Part shown: in pieces, positions 13,290 to 25,447 of the stretch
How the letters are laid out: each line of letters starts with the position of its first letter
Position numbering within the stretch: position 1 is the first letter of the stretch
Translations under genes and position numbers: made by a program
Assembly (NCBI RefSeq): GCF_001194135.2
Contig: NC_068982.1
Span: 192,326,645-192,390,644, forward strand
Length of the DNA stretch: 64,000 nucleotides
Direction of reading: 5' to 3'
From: Octopus bimaculoides
Taxonomy: Eukaryota
Notes under the pieces: generated by a model
The model's input: the letters and a program-made list of their open reading frames with translations, nothing else
The model's database searches: none
What the model was told of the DNA's origin: nothing

Positions 13290-13797
13290 TTTTCAAGCAC
13301 AAGATCCAAATTTTAAACAAAGCTCAAAACTTTCTAATCCCATAACAAATGATTCTGTGTGTTATTCAGAAATTTAGAGAGAGCGAAAAAAAGCTTCTTC
13401 TAAGCAAATAACTCTAGACTTGTATTTTAAAAAGAAATCTACAAGTCCGTCTATGAGTGCTGGTGAATTGGCGATCACATCTACAAGTGAGGGTGTGCAC
13501 GAGTCTAGTCTGAGTGAAAGTGATTCAGAAAACGATTATAATTAATAATAATATTTTTTATTATAAATTATCTCAACATTCTTTTTACTTTACATAAAAT
13601 ATTCTTTATATTCTACTGTTGTTTTATTGCCATTTATTTACAAGTATTATAAATTTTATAGGTAAAATATTTTTCTGAGGACAAATTATGATTTATAACA
13701 TTGCTACTACGGGAAATTATTGCTCTGCTTTACGAGTTTTCACTTTACGAGAAGTCTCCAGGAACAAATTAATTTGTATACCGAGGCATTACAGTAC
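13290..13797 (+). mobile_element. pogo/Tigger-type transposon 3' end
   Basis: C-terminal remnant (CYSEI..KKASSKQITLDLYFKKKSTS), AT-rich 3' region and a TIR-like end CGAGGCATTACAG followed by TA. Confidence 0.6.
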
Positions 13798-13840
13798 ACA
13801 GTTGGATGGATGGGTTTGTGTGTTTCATTTAAACTATGGA

Positions 13841-14061
13841 ACTTGAAGTAGAGAAGCTGCAAACAATAGCATGTAAATATTGGGGTTAAAAACTCCTTTG
13901 GAGAGAAAAAGTCAAAGGCTTGTCATGGGATTGAAAACCTCATCTGTAAACAAGACCAATATTCCCCCATTGCACCAAAGCATGTTTACAGAAATTGTGG
14001 GTTTCAAAGGGTTTTTAACCCAATATTTACTGCTATTCTTTGTAGTTTCTCTACTTTGAGT
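13841..14061. mobile_element. MITE-like foldback with ~55-bp inverted arms and a tRNA-like core
   Basis: AAGTAGAGAAGCTGCAAACAATAGC...TTAAAAACTCCTTTG versus the revcomp of 14007-14056. Internal A-box/B-box-like motifs on the minus strand. Confidence 0.65.
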
Positions 14062-14117
14062 AAAACCATTCAAAATGAAATAGTTCACATTCTCTCAAGG
14101 CTTCTACATTCCTGCAC

Positions 14118-14160
<43 letters not shown>

Positions 14161-14420
14161 GATAGATAGTTTGAATGTCATATATATATATAGAAAGAAA
14201 GCAAACTAGATAGAGCAGCTATGGGTGTGTGCATGAAAAAGAAACTGTGTGTGCGTGTGTGTGAGTATGAAGGAAACTGGTCAAGTGAATAAGGCACTGC
14301 TTCATGCAGTGAGGTCACATTGCACTGCAGATGTTGTGTTGCTTAACGAGGCACCTAATTACAGCAGCCTTCATGGTATTATTGATTTTTTAGATGCAGA
14401 ATGCGTCAGATTTATAAAGG

Positions 14421-14425
<5 letters not shown>

Positions 14426-14501
<76 letters not shown>

Positions 14502-14640
14502 CACATACACACACGTGTACACACACATATATACACATGCACATATATAGACACATATATATATATACACACACACACACATACGCACATATAGGTCTAC
14601 ATATATATATACACATATACATATATACACACAAATGTAT
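14426..14640. repeat. (TA)n/(CA)n compound microsatellite
   Basis: Direct reading. Confidence 0.95.
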
Positions 14641-15765
14641 ACATGCAAGATGTTTGGGCTAAATTTGAAAGTTTGCATAGAAGAAAAAGAAAACACAATA
14701 TTCCATCCAATAATAAAAGTATTTTAAAACCTCAAAAAATACCAACTAGATTATGGCTGGAAGATAACAGTTTATTCAAAGAAGCTTCCCCTCAGCTTCC
14801 ACCATGGTCTCAAGACCACTCCAGAACCTGGCACATGCATTCTTCACTTTGTCTCTGGGAAGACCTTTGAACACCTCCCTGATCTTGGCCACCAATTTGG
14901 CTTTGGTATCACAGGCAGTGTCTTTCTCAATTGTGCCCCACACATAGTAATCCATGGGATTATAGAAGACTAGAAATTGGGGCTGGTGAAGTTGTAGAAA
15001 TTTTCCTACAACCACTTCTGACTCTTTCTGGGGGTATGGAAAGGAGCTGAACCATGCTGCTGCACATATGGCCTCCCAGCTGCAACCCTCTCCAGCCTGG
15101 GATTAACCACAGTCTCCAGCAGCTTCACATAGCCTAAGACCCTTTAAAGATGTGGGGCAGCATGATGTCAACCTCACCGGAGACAGTTTGGGGTAACATG
15201 GTTTTCATGACATGTTGGACACACATGAATCGTAGACAAGCCACCTGTTGTTTTGAGTGTTGTGCAACTGGCCCAGGCAGAAGTTCTTCTCGTCTGAAAA
15301 GAACCAGATCATCCCCAGCTCAACAGGATACCTCAGTTTGTTCAGCAGCTTCTTTGCCTTCATCATCCCCTTGGCTGTCAGAATTTGTCTCTTGTGCCTT
15401 TTNNNNNNNNNNNNNNNNNNNNNNNNNNNNNNNNNNNNNNNNNNNNNNNNNNNNNNNNNNNNNNNNNNNNNNNNNNNNNNNNNNNNNNNNNNNNNNNNTT
15501 CATGATGGCAACTCCAAAACCCATCTCTCTTGCCAAAGCTTGAATTCCCTTACTCGGATTTTTGATCACATGATCTTGCAGTTGTTGGGTGAATCCTTGT
15601 GTGAAGATGCAGTCAGAACGCCAGCTTGTCCCTCTCTACTGGCCATGGCTTTGTTGTCTCTATTGCAGCTGTCCACGTCATGCCCTACAGCCTTTACAGT
15701 GTTCTCAGAGCATTGAGTAGCAGTCATGATGTCAGCATTTTGATACCCAGCACAAATCATTATGA
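14640..15765 (-). mobile_element. Tc1/mariner superfamily maT (DD37D-like) transposase remnant
   Basis: N-terminal HTH (MICAGYQNADIMTATQCSENTVK), FFRREELLPGP region (~FFSDEKNFCQD), TKFPQTV-like motif and NPMDYYVWGTIEKDT...NACARFWSGLETMVEAEG C-terminus. Interrupted by the gap at 15403-15498. Confidence 0.8.
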
Positions 15766-15879
15766 TACAGGTAAGCCCTTTCCAATATCCAGATGGCTTT
15801 CAGTCCTCTATGTCAGCTTTCTTTTTATCATTTACAACTTCAATCTTTATGCTCTCCAAGGCCGTTGACTATTCACCAA

Positions 15880-16159
15880 TACATCAAGCTGTATGACAAT
15901 CAGGCACAACATATGCAGCAAGTTTACTCCACAGAGAATGACAAACCAACACAAAAATATAATTCCCAGGGACAAGGGATTCTAATGAGACGACAAGCAA
16001 AAATCTCAAACTGTCTAAATGGGCCACTGAAGGATAGCAAAGGATCTTATCTCAAACAAGCATCGTTTGAGATCGAAAATGAACTCAAACACTCCCATGA
16101 AAAGAAGAGGGCACAAAAAGTAGCCAGGGCTGTCAAAAATATAAAAACAAACCCTAAAG
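15880..16159 (+). mobile_element. CR1-clade LINE ORF2, 5' part upstream of the hAT insertion
   Basis: Reads ILMRRQAKISNCLN...EIENELKHSHEKKRAQKVARAVKNIKTNPKA and continues in register (PKAFYRFAK) after the hAT TSD. The 5' boundary is approximate. Confidence 0.8.
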
Positions 16160-19017
16160 CATAGCTTCCCAAAGTGGGCAAAGGGCAAATTTCTGGAAAG
16201 TGGTGAGCGATTTGAGATTTTGGTGGGCAGTGTGAACATTTTGTGGGTGACTAAGAATTTTTAGAAAATAAGTCTGCATTTACTGATATCTAGGCATACC
16301 TAGAATAAGGATGCACTTTTATCGATTTGATTACTTGCATGAGACGTCCCTTTGTATTAAAAAAGTGGACTTGTTTATCCATCGAATATTTTTGTCACAC
16401 AGTCATTGAGATGGATGTCATGCATGCTAAAAATAGCAGCCAAATAGGCCTAGACTTTAAATCATACACCACCACAATTTTTGTTTTTTACATAATCATA
16501 TGAAGTCCTACGTGTAGAAAACAAATTCGCAAATATTTTCTGAAAACTTCAAAAAATAAAAGTGTTCTGTGGAATTATAAGTCGTGCATAATTCTACGGT
16601 TTCATATCAAAACACAAGTGCTATTTTCAGGATGTTGACAAAATGTGCAGCACACACAAAACGACAGCTTCGAAATCGTGTTTCTTGACTGGGTGAAAAT
16701 GATCAAACTTTAAACCTCTAAAACTTTTTTAAAACATTTTTCTGGAAAAAAGTTGAATAACTCCAGCAATTTAGCTTGGAAAGGTTCATTAATTTGCCAA
16801 ATTTTAAAATTTTCAATAAACTTTAATTTTTGAAATGCTGGCAGCCAAACGAACTAGATCCATATTTGCTCCAGTAAAGATGTTTTATCTGACTCTGCTC
16901 TATCGACTTCTTCTTCTTTTTGGGAATTCCGTACTGCCTTCCAGACACTATCCATAGAAATTCATTTTCACATTTTCAGTTTACTGATGCCTCCAGTCAA
17001 GAAAATTTGTCAACAGTACAGCAGTGATTATTTACCGTTTGGATTTATTCCCTCTCCTCAGAACTGTCAATTACCAATGTGGCTTCCTTGCCATCAAACA
17101 TTAACCAACGAAGCAATGAAACCTTCACGCTTGAAGTATCACTTTGATGCAAAGCATTCTGACAAGAAGGATAAACTGTTGTCCTACTTTTTGCAACTGA
17201 GTGCCTCTTTCAAAAAGCAAACAAACATTCAACACGCTACTCCAGAAACCCAGTAAACAAGAGAATGGCGGGTTGAATGCATCGTACAACATTGTATTGC
17301 TTGTTGCTAAGTCTGGCAAGTCTCACACAATTGGAGAAACATTACTTCGCCAGTTTATCGAAGAGGTTTTGTCAACCATTATGCACGGAAAACCCGATAA
17401 CATTATGAAGATCCCACTTGGTAATAACACAATTTCTCAACGCATCAATGAAATGGATAACAATGTCAAACATCAGCTCGTTAATACCTTCCAGTGTTCT
17501 GAATTTTCTATACAAGTGGGTGAGTCAACTGTTGTGGACAATCAATGTTTGATGATGGTATATGTTCAGTATTTCAGCAAAGACCTTCAGCCTTGTGAGG
17601 AAATGCTGTTCACAGAGAAATTGCCGCTTGATTCAAAAGGTACAAGTCTTTCCTTTTTGAACATAATATCCCACTCAGTAATATTCTTGCCTGTGCGTCT
17701 GATGGAGCCCCTTCGATGATAGGAAGATACAGAGGTTTTTCATCTCTCCTAAAGCGTGAAATTCCTCACCAGATACTAACTGTTCATTGCTTGGTACACT
17801 GGCAGTATTTAGTAGCAAAAAATATGAACGGTAGATTGAATGTGCGCTACAGTTAGTTATCGAGAGTGAACAAATTGAAGTCCAGTTCCTTGTCTGATCG
17901 AATTTTCCATTAACTCTGTCTGAGAAATGATGAGGACCATACTAAACTCTTACACCATACCCGAAGTGCGGTGGCTGTCAAAAGGAAACTGTATTTTAAG
18001 CTTTGTTGAACTGTTTCATATAATCATATCTTTCTTTGAAGATACTCCACTATCTGCCCCATTGATGGTTGCAAGGTGTGATATCTTTTTTTCTTTGTGA
18101 TATATTCACAAAATTAAATGATTTGAATATGTTATTGCAAGGAAACAGAAAAACTCTCATTGATTGTAAATCATTTATCACTGCCTTCATTTCGAAATTG
18201 GTGTTGTTTAAGACTAACATTTCAAAACGTCAATTCCGTCAAATTCCACAACTTGATTCTTTGAAAAATGAATCGGCTGATGAGGATTTAACTCCATATT
18301 GCAACTATTTTTAATCATTGCAAGATGACATGGTGGAGCGATTTCAAGATGTTATTGTGCTGAATATTTCAAATTGGTATAGCAACCTGTTTGAGGTCAA
18401 TGCAGTCAATTGCGAGGATAACGTTCCGGAGGAATTGATAGAATTACAAAATGACAATGATGCCACAATGCAATATTGTCATAATGGCAAAGAAGGTTTG
18501 TGGTACCACCAAAATATATTGAATTCCTACCCAAATTGGTGGAAACATCTGAAATTACAGCTGAAGTTGATAAGTTTGAAACCGAATGTAACTGCACTAG
18601 CTGCATCGCACCAGACACATGGTTGTATTCTTTTCCTTTATAATACAATCATTTATTATTTTTGCATCTTTGGTTCTGATCAATGGTCCATTTGGGAAAA
18701 ATAAAAAGCAGTGTAAAAGAAAGCACAAGTTTACCGAAGTTAATCTGTCAGCATAATATAGAGTTAACATTAGAATTCTATTCACACTAATGGCAAAACT
18801 AAACCCACAATAAGGGATTTGCAAACAACCACATATTTAATCCAAATGGCACTAACCAGGCAACAAGTCTATGATATAGTGTGTGTCGAATGATACAAGG
18901 GGATTTGGTGTTGGGCATGTCAGGGTTTTTTTTTTTTACACAGGTGGGCAATGGAGCATTATTTGGCCGATAGGTGGGCAATATTGCAATTTGGTGCGAA
19001 AAGTTTGGGAAACACTG
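16160..19017 (+). mobile_element. Buster/Charlie-type hAT DNA transposon, full-length but degenerate
   Basis: TIR-like ends CATAGCTTCCCAAAGT (16160-16175) and AGTTTGGGAAACACTG (19002-19017, revcomp CAGTGTTTCCCAAACT). Perfect 8-bp TSD CCCTAAAG at 16152-16159 and 19018-19025, matching the NNNTANNN preference of Buster elements. Internal transposase remnant. Confidence 0.93.
16987..18600 (+). pseudogene. hAT (Buster/ZBED5-SCAND3-like) transposase pseudogene
   Basis: BED-like N-terminus (QQYSSDYLPFGF...EAMKPSRLKYHFDAKH), KSGKSHTIGETL, FSIQVGEST (catalytic D replaced by G), HCLVHWQ, EVRWLSKG and FLCDIFTKLNDLN motifs, spread over several frames with stops and frameshifts. Confidence 0.9.
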
Positions 19018-20790
19018 CCCTAAAGCCTTCTATAGATTTGCAAAATCTTCTGCTTCAGTACAATACAAAATAGGGCCACTGTTAAAAAAAATGGTTCACT
19101 AACAGCAGACCCCAGAGGATAAGTGAAAGAGTGTTTTCATAACTCCATTGGGACATTTGGAAGTAGATATGCCTGATGAGTTCTTCAGCACTACAGCTCT
19201 ACACAAAGTAGAGGAAACAGATGTAATATCAGCCATTGATGAAATGTGCCCAAACTCAGCCACAGGCTCTGATGGATTCCCAGCAATCCTCCTGAAGAAA
19301 CACAAAGGGGCTTAAGCAAGACTACTACAGATTTAATTCCAGAGCTTCCTCACAACTGGGAGACTTTCCAAAAAGTTAAAGGAAGGCATAATATGTCCTA
19401 TCCATAAGGGTGGTAGCAGAGCAGATGCTAAAAATGATAGACCTGTCTCTCTAACCTTCCATGTCCAGCAAAGTCATGGAATATATTGTCAAGAGGAAAC
19501 TGATTGTGTTCCTCAAAGATAACGGCATACTCCCTGACACCCAGCTTTTGCAGCATTATGACTGAGCATTATGACTGAGTGTTGAAAACAACTAATGAAT
19601 TGCTCAAACGTGGATGTGATATATTTTGACTTTGCAAAGGCCTTTGATAAGGTCGATCATGGGATGATATGTCACAAGCTACAGAGACTTGGCATAACTG
19701 GGAAACTCAGAGAGTGGTTGCATGACTTCTTAAAAGGCAGAAGCCAGGCTGTAGCAGCCAACGGAGCCCACTCCAAGGAGACAGTAATAGAGAGTAGACT
19801 GCCTCAGGGAACTGTATTGGGGCCATTGCTGTTCATGGTTGCTCTTTCAGACATGCCATCAGTCACACAGATAGTCACACTTACTATCTATGCCAATGAC
19901 ACAAAAGTACTACATGCAGCCAAAAAACCTTCTGATGTTAATCTTCTACAGAAAGTCCTAGACGCCATATATAAATGGGCTGAAGAAAACAACATGCAAT
20001 TTAATGCAGGTAAATTCCAAGCCCTCTGCTACCAGTTAATTTGTGGCTTGTGCTGGCTCAATCCAGTTGTGGCTTGTGCTCACAAGCCACAACAACAAAA
20101 CTTTGAAGCAAAAGGAGTGGCAATCCCAGAGTTAAGTACAGTGCATGATCTGGGGATTGATATGAGCAACGATGCCTTATTTTATGGACATATAGTGTGT
20201 GATGTGGAGATTGATATAAGCAACGATGCCTCATTTTACGTGCACATCACCAAAATGGTGGTGGTGTACAGGTAAATGACCAGATGGACCAAGAAACTGT
20301 GATGGCTTTATGTAGGACATTTGTACTGAGCCGTTTGGACTACTGTTCTGAACTGTAGTCATGCTACAGTGTCAAATTAATAACAGAACTTGAGGCAGGA
20401 AGATTGCATCAATGGAACAGCTGAGAGACTGAAAGAGCTACAACTATACTCCCTGGAACAAGGACAGGAAAGGTATGCAGTGTATGGAAAATCCTGGAGG
20501 GGCTGGCACCAAACTTTGGTATCCAGAGCTATACCAGCCCCCTAACTGAATGTCATTTCACTGTTCCAAAGGTCCCAGTCATCTCGTCCAATGTAGTGCA
20601 ATAGCTTAGGATTAAAGGGTCCACAACTATTTAACGCCTTGCCAAAACATCTGAGGGATCTTGATGGAGTAGAGGTACATGTTTTCAAGAAATAATTTAA
20701 CCTCCTGCAATCCAAAGTCCTCAATGAACCTATATCAAGGCAGGAAACTCGAAAGAGGGCAGCAGTGTTGAACAGAGGTTCTCTTATATT
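19018..20790 (+). mobile_element. CR1-clade LINE ORF2 (reverse transcriptase) remnant, 3' part
   Basis: PKAFYRFAKS, SATGSDGFPAILL, YFDFAKAFDKVDHG, LPQGTVLGPLLF, YANDTK (YADD motif mutated), FNAGKFQ and C-terminal KGPQLFNALPKHLRDL; multiple frameshifts. Confidence 0.9.
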
Positions 20791-21309
20791 ATAACCCCAG
20801 GTCAGAGATGGTCAAGCAAATCTATGTTAAAAGATAATCTATGACCATCCTACCTTTTCATTTTAGATCTAGTGTCTCAAGGATTACATCAACTCATAAG
20901 TTCTTGTACATGGTACTGCACTGGTCAGCCAGGGCTGAAATGCATGATGCCACAACAATAATAGTAACCTTGTTTATATTTGAAGGAAGTGAGGAACTCT
21001 CTAATATAAGGGAGTAAACTTTAACCCCTTCCTCTCTCATTTATTTCTCGTCTGTAACAGAATCGTTACGGGGGGGAGCTGCTTTTGACTTAGAAAATAG
21101 TAAACAGGATGTTAAGAATTAAGCAGGTGTCTTTCCTTATGGTAAGGTGAGATTTTATGGAGATTTGGCTACTATTTCTGGCAAGATGAGTAACAATGCA
21201 GAGACTGTACTGGTAGGCCACAGGTGAATATTTGGAGAAAGAAGTGATGCAGGGTTCCACTCCAAAATATATACTTTGCTCTATCTAACAACACACCCAC
21301 ATTCCTGCT

Positions 21310-22392
21310 AGTCTGCCATTTCTCGAGAGCACAGGGTTGCCTGGATGGGAGAGCATTTAATGTTTAAGTAGTGCAACAAGCTTTGCTTCAATAAAAATGG
21401 TGAACTTGCATGAACTTACTTCAAACCAATCCTGTGTCTTGCACCATTTCTTATCAAAGTGCTGTAGATGGTGTTCCTGAGAAAATCTCACCTCATCAGC
21501 ACAGCCCTGTCGAGTAGGAGTCTACAGAGAAGGCATCATTTGGTAACCTGATGAACTTTTCTGCTTTACCTGGTCGTTGGATCATCAATGTTTGTCAGGT
21601 GGGTTTCCTATATTACATCTTTTGGTTGAAGTTTGATCTTGCAGCAAAACAAAGAGTGATTCTCATTAGAGTCTCTATTCTGGAGGGACTGAATTTATGA
21701 GTCCATTCCTCAAGTGGAAGTATCTGGTTTGGTGCCAGTGTTTGGGGCAGAGATGTCTCCAAGACATTTTGGATAAGGTTTTATTTTGGAAGAGAATGTT
21801 GATGGAGTGTGCAAAACTCAAGCAACTGTTGTCCAATGCTGTCAATCACATGCCAACTCAAGTAGCACCGACTCTAGTACTGGAGTCACCAAGCTGCAGT
21901 AATTGTTCTTGGTTTGGAGTTTCATGAATTGTCCTTGAGAGTTGGTCATAGAATTTATCCTTTATATTTTGTATACAGTAGAGGATTGGGGTAGAGACAC
22001 TGACAATGTTGACTATTCGATGTATAGAGCTGAAATGAAAATATCCACTCAGTCCCTCTCTTTTGCTGGATTCCACCATCTTTAGCAGGGAGTTTCCCAG
22101 GGCAAAGCCAACATCATTCTCTTTAATTATACCTGAGCCTTTTCTCTGTTAGTAAAAGCTATAGTTTCTTCTGTTTCTGTAAAACATGTTTCTTGTTGTG
22201 TTGTGATATCCACTTCAAAGTTTAGCAGTTCTTTGTTAATGACTGTAGTCATGCCTGAGTCACTGATCATCAGGAGGTTTGCTGATAATCCAGTGGTCAT
22301 GGTCCACCATTCCAGTTTCCTAATCTGAGGGATAGCTTCTCAATTTTGTCTTTTTGTTTTGCCTCTTCGTCCTACTGCAACAATAATGCCTC
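21310..22392 (-). mobile_element. RTE (BovB-like) LINE, 5'/endonuclease part, inverted relative to its 3' part
   Basis: Degenerate APE endonuclease on the minus strand: LRLGNWN, VINKELLNFEVDIT, IVSVSTP..IKDKFYDQL..EQLLQLGDSSTRVG, SWRHLCPKHWH. Confidence 0.8.
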
Positions 22393-22845
22393 AGCAGGCT
22401 GGGCCATGTACACTGCATGTCAAAGGGGAGGATCCCAAATGATTTGCTTGTAGTGAACTGGCCTCCAGTAAGAGAGCACAAAACAACCCCATCTTCATTT
22501 TCAAGGTGTCTGCAAATGATACATGAAATCCCTTTTCACAAACATTGAAAAGTGGGAGGACATTGCTGATGATCACTGATGCTGGAGTCTGAGAATAGAA
22601 ATGGATTTTAAAAAACAAGAGGAAAGGCTGAAGCTTGCTGAGGAAGGAAAGCAAATCTGATAAACAAAAACAACAGCAGAACAAAATTCATGGGCAGTGC
22701 CTTCAAATGCAGTCTCTGTAGCTGGGATTGTCACAAACACATGTGGGTCTCTACAGTCACAGGAGACACTGCTTTGCCAACGAAACTAAAGCAAGACTTC
22801 CCAGGCCTAGAGTTATCGTCTTGTGAGACTAACAGATGCTCCCAA
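22393..22845 (+). mobile_element. RTE (BovB-like) LINE 3' end
   Basis: LGHVHCMSKGRIPNDLL..ELASSKRA, NIEKWEDIADD, C-terminal C2H2-like FKCSLCSWDCH..GLYSHRRHC and the terminal GAGACTAACAGATGC motif. Confidence 0.8.
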
Positions 22846-23230
22846 GCTCTGTCATGGAGAGATCGTCATGATTGTTATTGTCCAGCCCCAGGCCAGTTCT
22901 GATTGAATAAACTTATGATGAAAGACATTCCATACATGACCACCTTGATAATTCAAATATCAAGAACATCGTCCATTGAGTTGTTCTTTTTTAAAATAGT
23001 AGGGTGAGATTTGAAGAAGACTGATTATTTCTAGGAGGTCAAACAACAATATAAGAACTCCTTCCCTCTTTGGCTTTCCCCGCATATTGAGGTTGTGAGA
23101 ATATGAATAGAACATCAGCTTTGACTTTCATGGTTCAAGTTTGTCATTAATTAATCAAACACTCGGTTATTACATGCAGCAAAGTTATGTGGTTGGCTAG
23201 CATTCTTTAAAAAACAATATCAACAACAAT

Positions 23231-23505
23231 TTTTTTGCCAACCTAATGTGGCAGTCCCATTTAGGGGTGAGTGCTACTGTTGTTTAGCCTCAGGAAACAT
23301 TGTCTCCAGCTGGTTATATATGACACACGATCTGTGTCCTTATATTTTCAAACAGAGAAGGTTAGCACCCCCACCCAGCATAAAGAAGTTTGAGAATATA
23401 AGGACACAGATCTTGTGTTGTATAACCAACTGGAGACGATGTTTCCCAGGGCTAAACAACAGTAGCATTTGCCCCAAAATGGGACTGCCACATATTGGCA
23501 AAAAA
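23231..23505. repeat. Foldback inverted repeat (~120-bp arms, 34-bp spacer)
   Basis: 23231-23353 matches the revcomp of 23388-23505 with scattered mismatches and small indels. Confidence 0.9.
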
Positions 23506-25115
23506 TCCTTACTTTAAAGTGCTGCTACTGAATGCCTCTCGTTGAGAGACTTAGGAACAACACTGTTTCAACAATATCAATATTTCTGAAGTGATGATGA
23601 GATAACCCATGCTAGCATGGAAAGCGGATGTTAAACGATGACGACAATGATGATGATGATGTTTATTTAATCTAATTTAGAAATGTTAAAGAAAAAAAAA
23701 AATAGAGATAAAACTTTCAGTGGAGAGGAAATATTTCTGTCTCAAGAAATATCTGCAGATGATTTGGTATTTATTCCAAACAGAGCTGAAGTGCATTGTA
23801 TTAACTGAAGGAATGTAATGTACTGCATGAAATACACAAAATGTCATTAGAGAAATTGAACTCAAAACATTTTGGTTGGCAGCTGAATACAATATGTACA
23901 CAACCACTTTGCTCCTCTCCAAACACAGAACTTAGCCACACTGAAGCTCTAAATCACCATGTTCTGAATTTGTTTGGCACCAGCCAACATTATCTATTGA
24001 CAAAGAATCAAATAATTTATTACTAAATCATATTTGACTTTGGAGTACTGATGTCATCACAGTTAAAAGCTATTTCTTCGTTAGCAACAGAAGTTCATTA
24101 GGTCAACAGCATTAAGTTATCATCCTAATGAAACACCACAATGAATGGATAACATATGTTGTAAGAGACTGAGTAATAAAGAAGGAAAGCAAAAAAAGAT
24201 AACGGAATGTAGATGGATGGGGAAAAAAGCAAATTCAAAATAGGAGACAAAGAAAGAAAATGGAAAAATTAAAAATGAGAAGAATAGGTATTAAGAGAGG
24301 AAAAGGAGGAAGGAAAAAAGGAAGACCATGATTGAGGGTAAGATGAGAAGATAATGGCAAAAATAAAATTGAAGAATGAAAGAAAAGAGAGCGACTCATA
24401 GAAAATGAACAAATTGGAAAGCAATAACTAATGAGGAAGAAGGTAATGCTTCACCGATTTCTTCTTCCAGGTGACACTAGCAGATGCAACAATGATGACA
24501 GCAACAGCATTGGTGCTTTGATGTGTTTGTCTCTCTCTCTCTCTCCCTCTCTCTCTCTCTCTGTCTCACTGTATATGTGTTACAATCAACACATATGTAT
24601 CGCCTCCATTCATAAATTACTATGGATTTGTGCTTGTGTATACATAAACATACATATATGTTTGTTGTCTCTCACATACATACACACACACATATATATA
24701 TGTGAGAAACAACAAACATACTAAAATGCAAATATATTCATATGCACATGCATAAACACATGTATCCATGTATCACACATAGACATACACTTCTGTATAA
24801 AACATAAGTGCATACACACACTTATGGAGTTATAGTTTAAAGGAAGGGGCTGTGCTCCCAGCCACAGCAGGTACTCCAAGGCTACTGAAATGAATGCTAT
24901 TAATATTCCTTTTGAACAGTTACAAGTCAGTGATGAGAGCAAGAGACATGAATGTGTCCAGGAGTGGCTGAGTGGAGGAGGTGGGAGGAAACAGAGGTAA
25001 TAGCAATAGAAAAGGTAGAGACAAAGAGACGAAATGTAGGCAAGAGATGGGAGCAGGTTTGTGGTGAGTAATTTTATATTAATAAGTTGAATAGCCTTTC
25101 TATGGATGCAGAGTG

Positions 25116-25168
<53 letters not shown>

Positions 25169-25349
25169 GTGCCTGCATGTACATTTGTGTGTGCACATCA
25201 GTAGCACCATCCCAGATGTAGGAGCAGTCTTTGAATTGTGGTTCTCCCCTGAGATATGCAAAATGTTTGGAGTTACTTCAGGGTTTGCAGTACTTTTTTC
25301 ACTGAAGATAAAGGCCAATTTTTGTGAGGTCATTTTTGCTAAGACTGTT

Positions 25350-25447
25350 GAGCCATGATGGTGAGCCATGATGGTGAGCCATGATGGTGAGCCATGATGG
25401 TGAGCCATGATGGTAAGCCATGATGGTGAGGCATGATGGTGAGGCAT
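25350..25447. repeat. 13-bp tandem repeat (GAGCCATGATGGT) x7.5
   Basis: Units start at 25350, 25363, 25376, 25389, 25402, 25415, 25428 and 25441. Confidence 0.95.
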
